A stretch of 63,034 nucleotides of DNA, filler included, from Sphacelaria rigidula (taxonomy: Eukaryota): assembly GCA_964200075.2 (NCBI GenBank). It is 4 parts of 4 records of this genome, joined end to end, with 100 filler letters (N's around TTAATTAATTAA, not from the genome) between each part and the next. Parts side by side here need not be neighbours in the genome. Positions count along the whole stretch, not along the records: positions 47,359 to 63,034 come from CAXNAA020001649.1; 3 more parts are not named here. One strand, written 5' to 3'. Positions 50,457 to 62,876 of this stretch are shown here, in pieces. A program made the position numbers and the translations under genes. The stretch's first letter is position 1; each line of letters opens with the position of its first letter. The notes beneath the pieces were generated by a model. It was not told the origin of the DNA. It did not search any database and was given only the letters and a program-made list of their open reading frames with translations.

Positions 50457-51900
50457 CGCTCGCCTACCGTTTTGCGCTGCGCGGTACGAATGACGTCTAA
50501 CGAGGGCAGCGAATCATCGGCATCACACGGGCTGTATACGGCAACAGAACGAACAGGCACGGTAGGAAGCTTCACCCAGCCAGACAACAGCTCACCCCAA
50601 CAATTGCGCTCTCCAGGAATGTGTTCAATGACATACCGATATTGACCGATCATTCCTTTCCAATTTTAAAGCCGTTGCGCCACGGCCTTCGTCACCAGTG
50701 TGACACACTCTTCGGGATTAAGAATGTATTTCAGATTGGGATGATCGGTGAAAATGCGAACACCACTCCAAAGCAAGTACTCTAGCCTTCGAGATGTATT
50801 GACTATCGCGAAACCTTTGTTGTCCACTGTCGCCCACCGCAACTGTGAAGCCTTGAAGCTATCACTCAGAAAAGCCAACGGTTCGTGTGACATGTTTTCA
50901 AGCGCAATGCCACTACCAAACTCGGCGACGGGCACTTGCAATAAAACTCTACCCCAGTGGAAATCCGAAGCAGCTGGAAACATCAGAACAACGCACTCTG
51001 GATGAGGGTTAGAAAGCGGCGCCGCCTGCGCCACCAAATCTTGCGCAGCACGCGATGCCCGCACACTATCCTCCGTCCAAGCGTCCTTCGGGATGATACG
51101 ATCACGCGCCACCCGCTTGGTCCGACGCGAAGACCCGACCATAATGTGTCCCAAAACCACACGGAGCGGCGCCACTACTTCCGCCATGCGCGGGAGCGAG
51201 GTCCGCAAACAATTCACCGCCTGCAGAAACTGCGTCAGCTCTGCATCAGCTCACTAACAGTTTGAGGTCGTCGCATATTACTCGAACCTTGGATGCGGAC
51301 GGCATCATACGAAACAATACCCCTGGAGTACACCATTCCGCACCAAACCACTTCACGGGCGAAAAAGGTGTACTTATGCGCAGCGACAAACAGACCAACA
51401 CTCTCCAGGCGGCCAAACATTTCTTCGAGCAACCCTAACAATGCTTCTCCTGTTTCAGCAAAATAGAAAGCGTCATCCACCCAAACTTCATAGTTTAGAC
51501 CTCGCAAAATGTCAGTCAGCACACCTTGGAAATACGCCGTGGCGTTCAACACGCCCTGCGGGACACGAGTAAGCGTAAGCAAACCGTCAGACGTGACGAT
51601 CGTGAAGATCTCGTGAGCCTCCGGCGCCAGAGACATCTGCCAATACCCCTGGAGCAGGTTCAACTTTCCGAAGCATTGGGCTCCCACCAACTCTCGCATG
51701 TCTTCTTGGCTTGGCGTCACCCCCGGAGACTGTTCCATTTGCGCGTTCACCGCCTGAAGTCGCTGACCAAACGGAATGTGTCCCTCTTCGGCACCGCCAT
51801 CGTCGGACTCGTCCATACAGCCCGAATGTTCCTAACCACTGAACCAAACACCACCAAAGCTGCGATGCATGAAGCAAGTCACCCGGTCTTTACCGTATCG
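50411..51900 (-). pseudogene. Gypsy reverse transcriptase and RNase H
   Basis: Motifs FGKLNLLQGYWQ, TRVPQGVLNATAYFQ, VWVDD, PLAFLS..F..SQLRW, IFTDHPNL and IEHIPGERN. Confidence 0.92.
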
Positions 51901-52212
51901 TAACGGCGAGGCTTGGCCTTCACAGCCTTCACCTGTGGCTTGAGCTGCACCCCTTAAAGGCTCCCCGCGCGCTGGCGGGTCACCACACAGCGCGCGACGA
52001 AGGGTATCCACGCGACGAGCCAAAATATCACGCAGACGGTATGCGCCATCGGCGCTCAGGCCCTTCTGCTCGATCTACAGTACGCTATCCTTTGGCGCAC
52101 GTTCACCGGCACCTCTCTCCTCCGCAAGGCTCATGGACATTTTGCGGTCCCGATCGACCAAGCGCTCCACCGCTGCATCCGCAGGAGCCTTCTCTTCATT
52201 GGCGCTCTGGAA

Positions 52213-52860
52213 TTACCGTGTGGACACGATGACACGCCTCGCAGCAAGATAGCTGGGATTTTCCACGCCGTTTTGCACCGGCACAGCACGCGGGCGTGAC
52301 TTATCCAACGCTAGCGGATACAAATCAATCCCAAGCTCCTTCATCATAGCCACCCCGCACAGAACCACGTTGTCCCTGCCGGGCACGACAGCGAACGTGA
52401 TGGGCTGCAACTCCACAGCCCCCCACGGCGTACGCACGCTGACAACAATCGGCACCGTTCTATGAGTAACCGTCACGGGAGTAACCGTGGCGGTCTGCGC
52501 CGTTTGCGGTCCATTTCCGAACGGAATCTGCAACTGAGCGCCACCAAACTGCGGTGACATTTTTTCTAGCAACCCCACACCGATCGACGTGAGCTTTGAC
52601 CCAGAATCCAGAATAACACGGGTCATGAATGAACCTACGGAACCAGGCAAGGAGAGTTCTGCGCGTAAACACGATACGTTGCGATCGACAGGAACCACAC
52701 CTGCCGAAGAACCCTGGTCGGTACCAAGAGTCACCTGATCCCAGGGCTGCGCTGCACTTGGTATCGATAGTTGAGAATCGGCGGTCCACCCGGACAACGT
52801 CGCCGAATATGCAGACGGTGCTGTTACAGCCGTCGTAGCCGTAGGAGGTGCACCAGACAC
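52213..52860 (-). pseudogene. Gypsy aspartic protease
   Basis: RVILDSGSKLTSI catalytic motif and VVLCG..MKELGI. Confidence 0.85.
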
Positions 52861-53032
52861 GGGTCCTGCCTGCCCAGGGGTTGCGAACTATCCGCTCCAG
52901 CACTCCCCACCGAAATATTTGAATTTCCCACGAAGACTGCCCGCCCCGACACGGGAAGATCCAGAGTCATCACCTGATGACGTAGTGGAAGAAACAGCAG
53001 CCGAGGAACCGCCATCTGCCGCCGAGTACTTG

Positions 53033-54198
53033 CTACCGCGGCCGCCGCGCCCGCGTCCATGATTGACACGGTTCAGTCCACCGTGGCGACCGCCGCGAGA
53101 TCCTGATAAATCTCGCGCATTTCCTTGAGCAGCGCCTTGAGCGCGAGGCTTGGGGCAATCTTTTGTCAGGTGTCCGTTGTCGCCGCAGACTAATGCCGAG
53201 ATAGCCCCCCAACAAAACGTGCACCGACGACCGTCCGACAAAACGGCTGCGATCTCACTATTGGGCTCGTTTACAGCAATTTCGCCCACATGAGAGGCGA
53301 GTAGCAGTCCGAAATCAGCTATAACGCCCAAATGAGTCGCGTCGTGCAGCACGAAACCAGCTCCAACTTCATTTATGGTTATCGCCTCCGCACTTTTTTG
53401 GCCGGTTCGGGGGGGGGGCTATCTCGGCAGCAGTCCACAGTTGCAACATGCGTGAGTGAACGACGCTCGCGAAGACGGCTGATGTTTCTATTGCTGTTGT
53501 TGTTTGCGGCGAGCACGACCTGCACTCGCCGCAGAGTCGTGTCGACCATGAGCCTCAATGAACTTCCAGTGGTCGGTGGCATCGAATATCTTATTTAACG
53601 CCACGTTCGGATTCAATTTCAAGCCACCTACATACGTGAGTACGCTTCTGACGTAAGCATTTGATTCCGGAGGCGAGATTCCGTCCACCAAAGCTGTGAA
53701 AACCGACTCGACCGAGCCTAGCAACCAGCTCCTGTCCTCCGCACGGTACATGGCTTGCACCGTGAGATTTTCAGCGAAAAACCTTTCCATCAATGAGTTA
53801 ACCGTCATCGCTATATCCTTGACGGATGTTTTGCCGATTTGCTGCGTTGTAATCACTCCACGCAGGTCTGCTGCAGCCTGCGCAGTATCATGTATGCCGC
53901 CGGTTGTGGTGCACCCGGCATGCTGCTTCACAGCACCTAGCAATTCCTCGGGGGTCATAGCACGGCGGTCCTTGTACATGCCTTCAAAGCACCGATGAAT
54001 GTATGTAGGGATGAGTTGTCCAATGCTCACCCTTGCATGCCTTACCCCTTCTTGTGCATTTGCAAGGTTGAAACGCTCTTCGTAATCGCGATAATCGGGG
54101 TACAAAACCCGTGATGCTTCCTCGGTCCACACCTCGCCGTGCTTTTGCAGGTCTAGCGGCTCACCCAAAACCAGTGGCGCTGCCGCCACTTGAGCCAT
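53033..54198 (-). pseudogene. Gypsy gag with zinc knuckle
   Basis: 236-aa ORF from ATG 54198, then frameshifted CGDNGHLTKDCP and an RGG-rich segment. Confidence 0.75.
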
Positions 54199-54791
54199 GT
54201 CCTCTGGGACTCAAACAACTCACGGAGAGAATCTTACCTGACTTGTGCGCCCTCCGGCCCACGGAGCGTCCTCCACTGCTGTGCGCTTCAAGTTGGTCTC
54301 CTTCCGCCTGCGGGCCGAGCTGCTTCCAGCCGCGGCCCCTTTTCCTCAGCCAAACTCCTCCAACAGAGCGCCGAGAAAAATAGCTAGATATTATAGCCTC
54401 TGCCAGATGATATAGACAAGATAACTTCCAGCGAGGGACTCCCCCAGTATCACTGGCCTCGTGCTCGACAAGTCCTGTCTTCTACCTTATTACTATCGCG
54501 GAGTGATCCTCAACAGATGACGAGCCAGATAGCAAGGGGCCACACAGAAAAGGACCATCAATCCAGGATCCCCTGTCCCCTGTCACTGCTCCAATCATGC
54601 ATGCGAATATACTGAAACCTTACGGCTTGGTATCATTCGGCTACAGTGTTCTCTCATAGAAGATAAAACCATATACCCTGTGCCTGAGTCAAGGAACACG
54701 GAATACTACAGACTTCACAATCGATGGCGGGCACGACGAGTATGAAACGATATGGCCAGTCAATACAACCAGTCCGGGCACCACTGTGCTA

Positions 54792-55313
54792 CTCCCTCTG
54801 ATCGCGAATACTTGTATAAGCAAGGTGAGTGCAAAATGCGGTCTAACTCGGGCCCTGGAGAATTTTGTTGGGAACCGTGTTTTTCGCGGTGTCTCCGCGT
54901 TCCCGCAGAACACCGAGAACCGTTTTTTTCAAATTCCCCTCCAAAAAGAGTTTTCCTATCCCAGCAGAAGAAGCTCGACATCACCACCCACTCATTGCCT
55001 CCGGACAAAAGCCTTCCCATCGTGTGATCAGGCATGCTTGCTGCTGGGAGTGCAGTCCAAGGGCCAAAGCGCAAACAATTCTTGCTGGCAGCTTAGGGTC
55101 AGGGCTGGGGTAGGTTTAGGATGAAGGTTAGGCAACAAGGGGATGAAAACGAAGCACCCCCCCCTCTTGAATTTGTTTTTTTCAGTATCCGGTTGAATAT
55201 CAAGCTCACCCGACATCCAACGATGCCTACATGATCTACCTTTGAGCATATAGTACAGACGTTGCTCATATTACGGAATTCCTTAACTTGGTTGTATTCG
55301 CGATCAGAGGGAG
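54792..55313. mobile_element. Stowaway-like MITE
   Basis: Perfect 20-bp TIR CTCCCTCTGATCGCGAATAC with TA duplication on both sides. Confidence 0.92.
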
Positions 55314-55315
55314 TA

Positions 55316-55498
55316 CTTCATAGTAGTAACGTTGCCGGCGAAAGCGTACTGTGCTCTACTCTTCCTGGTCCGAAGGTCATGAAGAGAATGCACGTAGTGA
55401 GCTATGCTGCTGCTACGGTACTGTACATACACCATCATGGCTACTTTTGCATTGACTGCAAGACACTTGTATGCGAGGAGTGTGTGCTCCTTCATTGA
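55316..55498 (+). pseudogene. Cys/His-rich C-terminal fragment, piggyBac cysteine-rich-domain-like (or B-box-like)
   Basis: GYFCIDCKTLVCEECVLLH*. Confidence 0.4.
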
Positions 55499-56449
55499 CT
55501 GTACCATCGTGGGTGCGGTGTACGAGGAGTGTGTGACGAGATGTCACTCTCCCATAGGTTTGATGTCACTGAGAACTGACGGCCTTCCTCAGCGAGATTT
55601 TTCCAAACCTCGCTGTCTGGAGACGGCTCGCAGTTTCCAGAGATTTTCTCATGAAAAATGACCCTATACGATCGCGTTCTGCAAAAAGGCTCTGGAAACT
55701 GACCAAAATTGATGTTTTCAATGACTTTTTCACTCTAAAAAAAGTGGCATAAAGACTACAGTTTCATTCTCTCCTCACCTGGGGTGCCGAGGATGACGAT
55801 TCGTACACCACGGAAGACATACCCCGAGCAGAACAGCGGCACAACGAAGTACCCGTGAACCAAATTCACCGGGCAGTAGAAGGATAGATCTTCCAACCTG
55901 CAAATCTCCTGCGAAGCATCGACCAGTCATCGTTATCGCTACTGCCTGGAAACACCCGCGTCCTACCTGGGAAGCTCAAGCACATGAGAAATGCTCTTGA
56001 TCGAGGGTAGGTGCAATTGTGAAATACTGTGTCACCAACAACGAGACGGCATGCGTATCATTGCGGCACTCCATGCTGGAAAAGCTATCGCTGAAGAGAC
56101 GCATGCACCTTTTCCGACGATACCGTTCGAGTTGCCTGACGGGGCTATGCCATTATCGCTGTGACGTCAAATAACAGAGGATCCTGGAGAATGAGGTTGG
56201 ACATTAAAATGGGGCTCAGCCCCCCTCCCGGAATTTCACGTTCTTGCCCGAGACTTTTTTCCGACGCAAACAATTTTGGATATTTTTGCCGTCAAAACTT
56301 CCCCCGGGTTACCTTGTCGCGCATCATTGTTCCGGTCTCTCAATCCATATGTATCTCCTTTCGTAACTTCAAAACGGCTCTCACTGGGTGGGGGGAGGCC
56401 CCATGAAAATTCGCAAAGGGCAGGGGCTTTTCCATCTATGAAATTTCCA

Positions 56450-56812
56450 CACCCTAGAAAATCCAATATGTTCTTGACATATTTGTCGAACATATTGGAA
56501 TTTTGCGATATATTGCCGGCGTAATGTATATACATATATATATATATATTGGTACCCTTGGACTGCACACGTATTGCGCGCCCAATATATATATTGATGT
56601 CGTGGGACTGCATACATATCGACCGCCTGATATATATTGGTACCGTGGGGTTGAACACATTTTGTCCCATCAATATTTACTGGGACAGTGTGGGCGACGG
56701 CATATTGCACGACCAACATACATTAGGGTCGCATTGGTGAAAACATATTGACCGGTCAATATATATTACGTCTGCGTGGGTACCAATGTATTGGTCGGTC
56801 AATTTATATCGG
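56450..56812 (+). mobile_element. Left arm of the motif-array TIR element (partial)
   Basis: Terminus caccctagaaaatccaatatgt; array homologous to 62589-62876. Confidence 0.75.
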
Positions 56813-56879
56813 ATGTTCAAAGGTTGATGTACACTTTAAAAAAGATCCAGACGCGGTGGATGCCGGAGCCCGTGCAGAT

Positions 56880-57082
56880 TGGGAAAAGCTTCGAAGGCAG
56901 CCGATGAAGTTCGCGTGCATTGCCACGAAGAGGTGTCGAATTTATTTGATATAAGTATGTATACACTGATCAGCAACTATGGTGGCAGAAGAGGCGACCC
57001 GGTATATATGCCTCCTGATACCTATCTGGCCACCGATGCAGGGTCGCCCATCTCCTTGACAGCATGTATACATCTTCGGTAA
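56880..57082 (+). pseudogene. PIF/Harbinger transposase relic
   Basis: KFACIAT..LFDISMYTLI..VYMPPDTYLATDAGSP resembles Harbinger P.G.YL..DxGYP. Confidence 0.5.
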
Positions 57083-57157
57083 ACATCACGACGACAGAAA
57101 TCGCGGGTCGATATGCGTATTTTGGTACCCCTGTGGTCACCGGTGCTGTGTTGCTTA

Positions 57158-58130
57158 TACCCTGGACAATACAATATGTTCCAATATGATACCCATATTT
57201 TGTATTGCAGACAGCGCAAATATTGTCCCTTCAATTTGTATCATGTTGAGATGTCCTCGGAGACGTTGAAGGAATAACATGTACTTTCGTGTCAAGACCG
57301 CGAAGTAATGCATGACAACATATATTGGACATGCATTTGATCCGGGAACAAAACATCCACTACATATTGTGCATGCAGGCCATGTATGTATCGAAGTGTC
57401 AATATATATTGAGTCGAAGCGATCCGTAACATATTGTTAGCTCAATGTAGTATGTTGAGCGCAGACCAAGCAAAAAATTGGGTTTTCCAATATATATATA
57501 TATGTTGCGCACGCTTATTGCACGTGGCTATTGTGCAGCGAATATATTTTGGACACGCTCGCGGAGGGATATATTGAGCGTTTTCGGCATGTGGTGATAC
57601 ATCTCTCAATGACATCCGCGAACACAAAACTACCCACCACACTAATTTCCATATACTTTGAAATTTACATGTTGAATAATCAATATATATATATATATGT
57701 ATATTGCTACAGCAATATGTATTGCGACCTTCCCTTCCCTCGTGTATTGTCCGCTCAATATATATTGAACGCGTTGGTGCACGACATACTGGGGCGGAAA
57801 TAAATATTGGCGCTTCGGGTGTTGAGTATATTGAGCTCCAACATGACCTCGTGTGGCACCCAATATATTCCTCGACAAATATATATTGATGCCCTACCGC
57901 ACCAACATGTTACTCGGCCAATATATATTGAGGTGGCGCGTATCGTGATATATTGTTCGGTCGACATATATTGTATGTCGCGAGCCTTGACATATTGGTG
58001 GCACAAAACATACTTCGTATTGGCCTGTCTCTCGTCCCATCATATTGCTCGCCGAAAATATATTGACCACCCGACGCGTCGACAAATTGAGCGGGCAATA
58101 TGTATATTACATATCGTACTATCCAGGGTA
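57158..58130. mobile_element. Non-autonomous TIR element with ATATTG-N6-CAATATATATTG arrays
   Basis: Ends taccctggacaatacaatatgt / acatatcgtactatccagggta form a 22-bp imperfect inverted repeat. Confidence 0.8.
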
Positions 58131-58679
58131 TTGAAATTTCCCATTTTGACATCTGTGAAACGTTTCCAGCAGCAGAACCGAAGTTATTTTCCGAAACGTG
58201 AACAGCGGCAGTTCATTTCTCATTGATATTGTTCCCTGTTCATCATTATTTCGAGAGACGTTCGAAATAAAACTGGAACGGTTTTCCATGACACCCGAAA
58301 GAAGTCAACGGAAGGCCCTACTCCCACCAGGTGAGAGCTGTTTCGAATGTACGAAACGAGACACACATGGCTCTAGAGAACGGAGAAACTATGCGCGACA
58401 GGCCAACCTTCGGGGAGTATCAACGAAGAAAACAAAAGTTGCTTGCATCGGTAACAGGTATCAGGCAAGAATGTGAAATTTCGCAAGGGGGCTTTGGCCC
58501 CATGTGAATGTTCAAATTCATCTTCTGCCGAACGTAACTTTCCATTACATTCTGATAGTTTCGGGGAAGACGATCACAAGGGTGGTGGACCTAAAGGTTC
58601 GGTCGTACATCTATGGTTGGCAACATGACTACTTGATTTTAGAGTTGGTAAAGTTCTGAGAAACTTTATGGTTTGAGGC

Positions 58680-58850
58680 AGCTGAGCAGAGAACCCAGCT
58701 CGTCCTGAACGTCTTTATGTCGAAAACGGCGCCTGCGGCGTCGATTTCAGGTCTGCCAACGCACACATTTTGCCTAGGGGAATCTCTGCACCCCCCTCGC
58801 ACGAGGGTCTTCTACGCCTTGGGTTGGGGTTAGGGTTAGGGTGAGGATGA
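58680..58850 (-). mobile_element. MITE family B, partial copy with GGGTTAGGGTTAGGG
   Basis: acccagctcgtcc.gaacgt..ggcgtcgattt..caacgcac..tgcacccc matches 42450-42600. Confidence 0.7.
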
Positions 58851-60059
58851 GGGTTATTGTTGGTTTATTCGAAGAAATCAACCATAGATATACGACCAAA
58901 CTTTTTGGTTGCCTCTACAAGGGTGCTACCAGGGCTTGCATTTCGTATGAAGCCAACAATAGGCGATTCTTCGTGGAGCCAGCTAGTTCTCGCCTGTGTG
59001 AAGATGTTAGTCACCATGAACATGCTCGCCACTCCAGACACAGCAGCCGGATTTGGTCCCCGGGACCGCACGTAGGTTTTGTTCCTTCTGCGCGAAGATA
59101 TCCGGGCGTTTGCAAGTAAGTATGGGCTGTCAAGAGAAGGGGAGACACACATGTGAACAAGTTCTCTGCGGGCCCAGATCATTCTTACGACCGCGCGAGT
59201 TCCCCTCCCCACATTGGTGAAGCAGGTCTGCGAACATTCTGCAAGCATGTCCAAATCTATCTATCATGGCCATTTTCCACAGCGTTCCACTTGAGCCTAT
59301 CGAAAGCAGCATTCGGTGAGATGAGGTGTAGTGGTGGCGGAAGGCGTCCCCTGTGCTTTTTTCTTGTGGCAGCACCGTTACCCTATCACATAGCCACAAG
59401 AGTCCGTTCTCCCGGGTTTACGTGCACCCCGGTTGTTTGTGGCGCATGCATATGTACACCCTGTTATCCTCTGATCAGAGATCAAAGTGGCTGAAAGCGA
59501 CCCAGAACTCAAATACCCTTATGTGGAGCACGCAGAGAGTATTTTACTGCGCTTAGCAGTGGATCGCCTCACAGTGGAATAGCTTCACAACAGCAACAGC
59601 AGTAATAGGGTAGCGACCGTCTTGCTTCCCCACCTGCTGGGTACGCTCGACGATGATGACGGTACTAAATCCTGATGCGGCGGAATTTTGCCCGACAGAG
59701 TTTTCATCAACGACAAAATTTGCCGTGGCTACACAGCCCGCGGCAGCGGCACCAGGTTAACGTCGCCGAAAGCGTGGGATACATAGAAGGACAGTAGAGC
59801 TGCTAGGTATTTACACGTGTGTAAGCACAAGAAAAGATGCGGTGGTGGAACAGGTCGAGGCATGTCGGGACCGCTGTCCCCGAAACCATGTCTGACAAAA
59901 AGTACGCACGGAGAAATGCAAATTTCAGGATATACACTTGCATGTCAAAGGACAGAAAAGAAGAAAAACCACGCCGCTCGGAAAAAGAGGCGTAGGATAC
60001 GAGCAGATTGGAGGGCTGCCAACAAGAGAAAACGATTGCGAGGGCGAGGACCAGGATCG

Positions 60060-62588
60060 GCCAACGTACTGTCGGCATCAAAAATGTTCGCACGCTCGCT
60101 TTCAAAGGTACGAACGGCGTTGGCCATAGCGAGATTGTCCTGAAACCTTGTCAGAGTCTGAGCTGTGATAGGTTTGCAAGAAACTAGAAACGATGGCCAA
60201 TCGGTGTTCAGTGCGGCGGGATTTACGGTAATCTGTTCTGGTGACACAAGCGGGGCTGAGGGGAGGGCAGGACAAGATGGGGGTAGGAATCGCTATAGAG
60301 GAGTCAATCCTGGAGGAGATGGGAGGGAAATGTGCACAGCTGAGAACCTCAGTGCTTGACTTATGAAGGTAAAACTTGACCTACAAGGCAAATCCAACGC
60401 AGTATCATTTGTAGTTGGATATGCTCCGACGGAGACCGCTCCGCTGTGCGACAAAAACATGTTTTGGGATGACGTATCCGATACCATCTCAGAAGTATCT
60501 GGCAAGGAACATCTAGTCGCCATGATAGATGCCAACGGCCGCACTGGAAAACGAGGGGAGGGGAGTGGAGAAAATGATAGCAAGCTACTCGGCGAATACG
60601 GGCGGGACGTACTGAACAATAACGGTGGGAGACTGCTGATCTTCGCAGAGGAACAACGCCTGACCATGCTCAATAGGTTTTTCAGAGCACCCAAGCGGGG
60701 CATCTCGTACACTTTCAAAACCCTCCAACGCTAGGAAGGGACGCTATCGCCTTGACTACATCCTCACCAGACAGACGGACCGAAAACTCGTACACGAAAT
60801 CTCCGTCCGCCGTCCACTACCCGGGAAACGCAAATCTGATCATAACCTCGTATCTGCAAAGGTCCGACTTCGTGGTCGCCTCGCGCCCAATCGCAAGATG
60901 CGGAAACATGTACCAAAACGCAGAACGGTCGACCTTGAAAGGCTGATGGCTGACCCAGAGTTGAGAGCAATGACGTTGCAAACGGCCTTCCCTCTCGACC
61001 CCTTGCCTATTGATGCTACCGCCGCTGACATGGCTGCAGGCCTCACCAAGATGCTGATATCCGCCGCAGCAGACACCGCAGCCCACGAGAGAAACCTGCG
61101 AGGTTCCCACGGTTGGTGCGCGAGTGCCGAGACCAAGGCAAAAACCCACATAGCATGGATGGCGAGGAAGACAGCATGGAGGGCATCGATATCAACCCCC
61201 ACTGATAGCAACCTCAAGAAAGTCTTGGAGAAGACCAACAAGGAACTCCGTCGGGTTAGAGTACATGCGGTGAAGAGATTCTTCAAGACATACGTCAGCC
61301 GACTTGAAACGCACATCGAGGAAGGCGACCAACGCGGATTCTACAGGCACCTGATGTCGAGGGAAGGAAATCATGTAGCTCATAGCAGCAATATACCCGC
61401 GACAACGAGTTTCAACTGCTCAGAGACGTAACGCTCATCCGCCCGCGGTGGGTACAGTGGTTTCACACCCTCCTCACCACCAAGTCGCCCCACCTCAACC
61501 CAGCAATTATCGACCAACTCCAGGCGCAACTTCCGAGCACGTCGCTAGACGTGGTGCCTACAATAGACGAGACGGCGGATGCCATACGATCTATGTCCAA
61601 CGGAAAAGCCGTTGGCCCAGATGAACTGCCAGCTGAACTGCTGAAAATACTCCTCGACGGCAACAACACTAGCCGACTACAGAGATTCCACGCCATCATC
61701 GTTGACATTTGGGAAGGATCAGCCGTACCACAAGAATGGAAGGATGCCACCATCATAGTTCTCCACAAAAAGGGCGATCGGACGGAATGCGGAAACTACA
61801 GAGAAATTTCACTCGTGTCACACGCCGGCAAAGTGCTCCTCAAGATAACCGCCCGCCACCTAAGCACCTACTGCGAGGACAATGGAATTCTGCTAAAGAG
61901 CAGTGCGGCTTTCGCCCCGGATGCTCAACCGTCGACATGGTGTTCACCGTCCGACGACTCCAGGGATATGGCCAGAGACGACAGATCCCGCTCTACATGT
62001 GTTTCGTCGACCTCACGAAAGCATGCGACTCTGTCGACCGCCCATTGCTGTGGAAAGTTCTGACACGCAATGGTGTCCCATCCATCATGCTCTAGATCAT
62101 CAGCCACGATGGTATGTAAGCTCGGGTGCGCACGAAAGACGGGGAATACTCGGAATAGTTTAACATGGGAAAGGGCTTCCGACAGGGATGCGTCCTAGCA
62201 CCACTCCTGTTCAACATTTCTTCACGGCGATGCTCACGGTGGCCCTGGCAACCTTACGCGATGACCCTGACATCTTGGGGGACCTGGTGCGAGTCCGAAA
62301 GTGCAAAAAGGGAGATTTCCGACAGGAATGTGCGGTAGCATGGAACGAGCCAGACGTGGCCACAGCAATCGCGGCGGAAGAGGTACGGTCCTGATGGAGT
62401 ATGCTGTACGCCAATGACGCCTGCATCGTCTCGCGGACATCATCGAGCCTCGAGAAGATGGTGAGGGTGATTGTGACGATCTGCGGAGAGTTCGGGCTGA
62501 CCGGGTCGGAAGCAAAGACGGAGCCATGCGACTGCACTCACAGGCGGGACACCTCGACATCAACGCGGCTGGCCAGGTATAAAAACAT
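60060..62588 (+). mobile_element. RTE-type LINE, decayed APE endonuclease and reverse transcriptase, 3' interrupted
   Basis: APE motifs NVRTL, IGLQETR, VVGYAPT, DANGRTG, LDYIL and SDHNLV. RT motifs [52 protein letters not shown] and LYAND. Contains frameshifts. Confidence 0.93.
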
Positions 62589-62876
62589 CACCCTGGACAA
62601 TTCAATATGTTCCCAATATATATTAGTCGATCATAGTGGAATTTTACGATATAATGCCGGCGTAATATATATTGGTACCCTCGGACTGCAAAAGTATTGC
62701 GCGCACAATGTATATCGATGTCGTGGGACTGCATACATATTGCCCGCCCAGTATACATTGGTACTGTGGGGTTGAACACATATTGTCCCATCAATATATA
62801 TATTGGGGCAGCGTAGGCGAGAGCAAATTGGACGACCAATATATATTAGGGTCGCATTGATGGAAACATATTGACC
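62589..62876 (+). mobile_element. Left arm of the motif-array TIR element, inserted into the LINE RT
   Basis: Terminus caccctggacaattcaatatgt abuts LINE coding sequence; ~43-bp periodic array. Confidence 0.8.

Larger units (their letters stand above)
49381..54645 (-). mobile_element. Ty3/gypsy LTR retrotransposon, decayed (gag-PR-RT-RH-INT)
   Basis: Domain order PR-RT-RH-INT is diagnostic of gypsy. Many frameshifts. Putative 5' LTR starts TGTAG at 54645, boundary tentative. Confidence 0.92.

Noticed and set aside
55960..56000. KLKHMRNAL resembling the P-element HxxKxxRN motif
   Set aside because: Single short motif with no preceding DxxH in frame.
56520..58110. CRISPR-like array (palindromic repeats with unique spacers)
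   Set aside because: Motifs are only 6-12 bp and degenerate, no cas genes are present, the context is eukaryotic, the arrays are bounded by TIRs, and the same spacers recur in the paralogous copy at 62640-62876.
58820..58845. Chromosome end (telomere)
   Set aside because: Only 2-3 units, internal, and part of a dispersed MITE.
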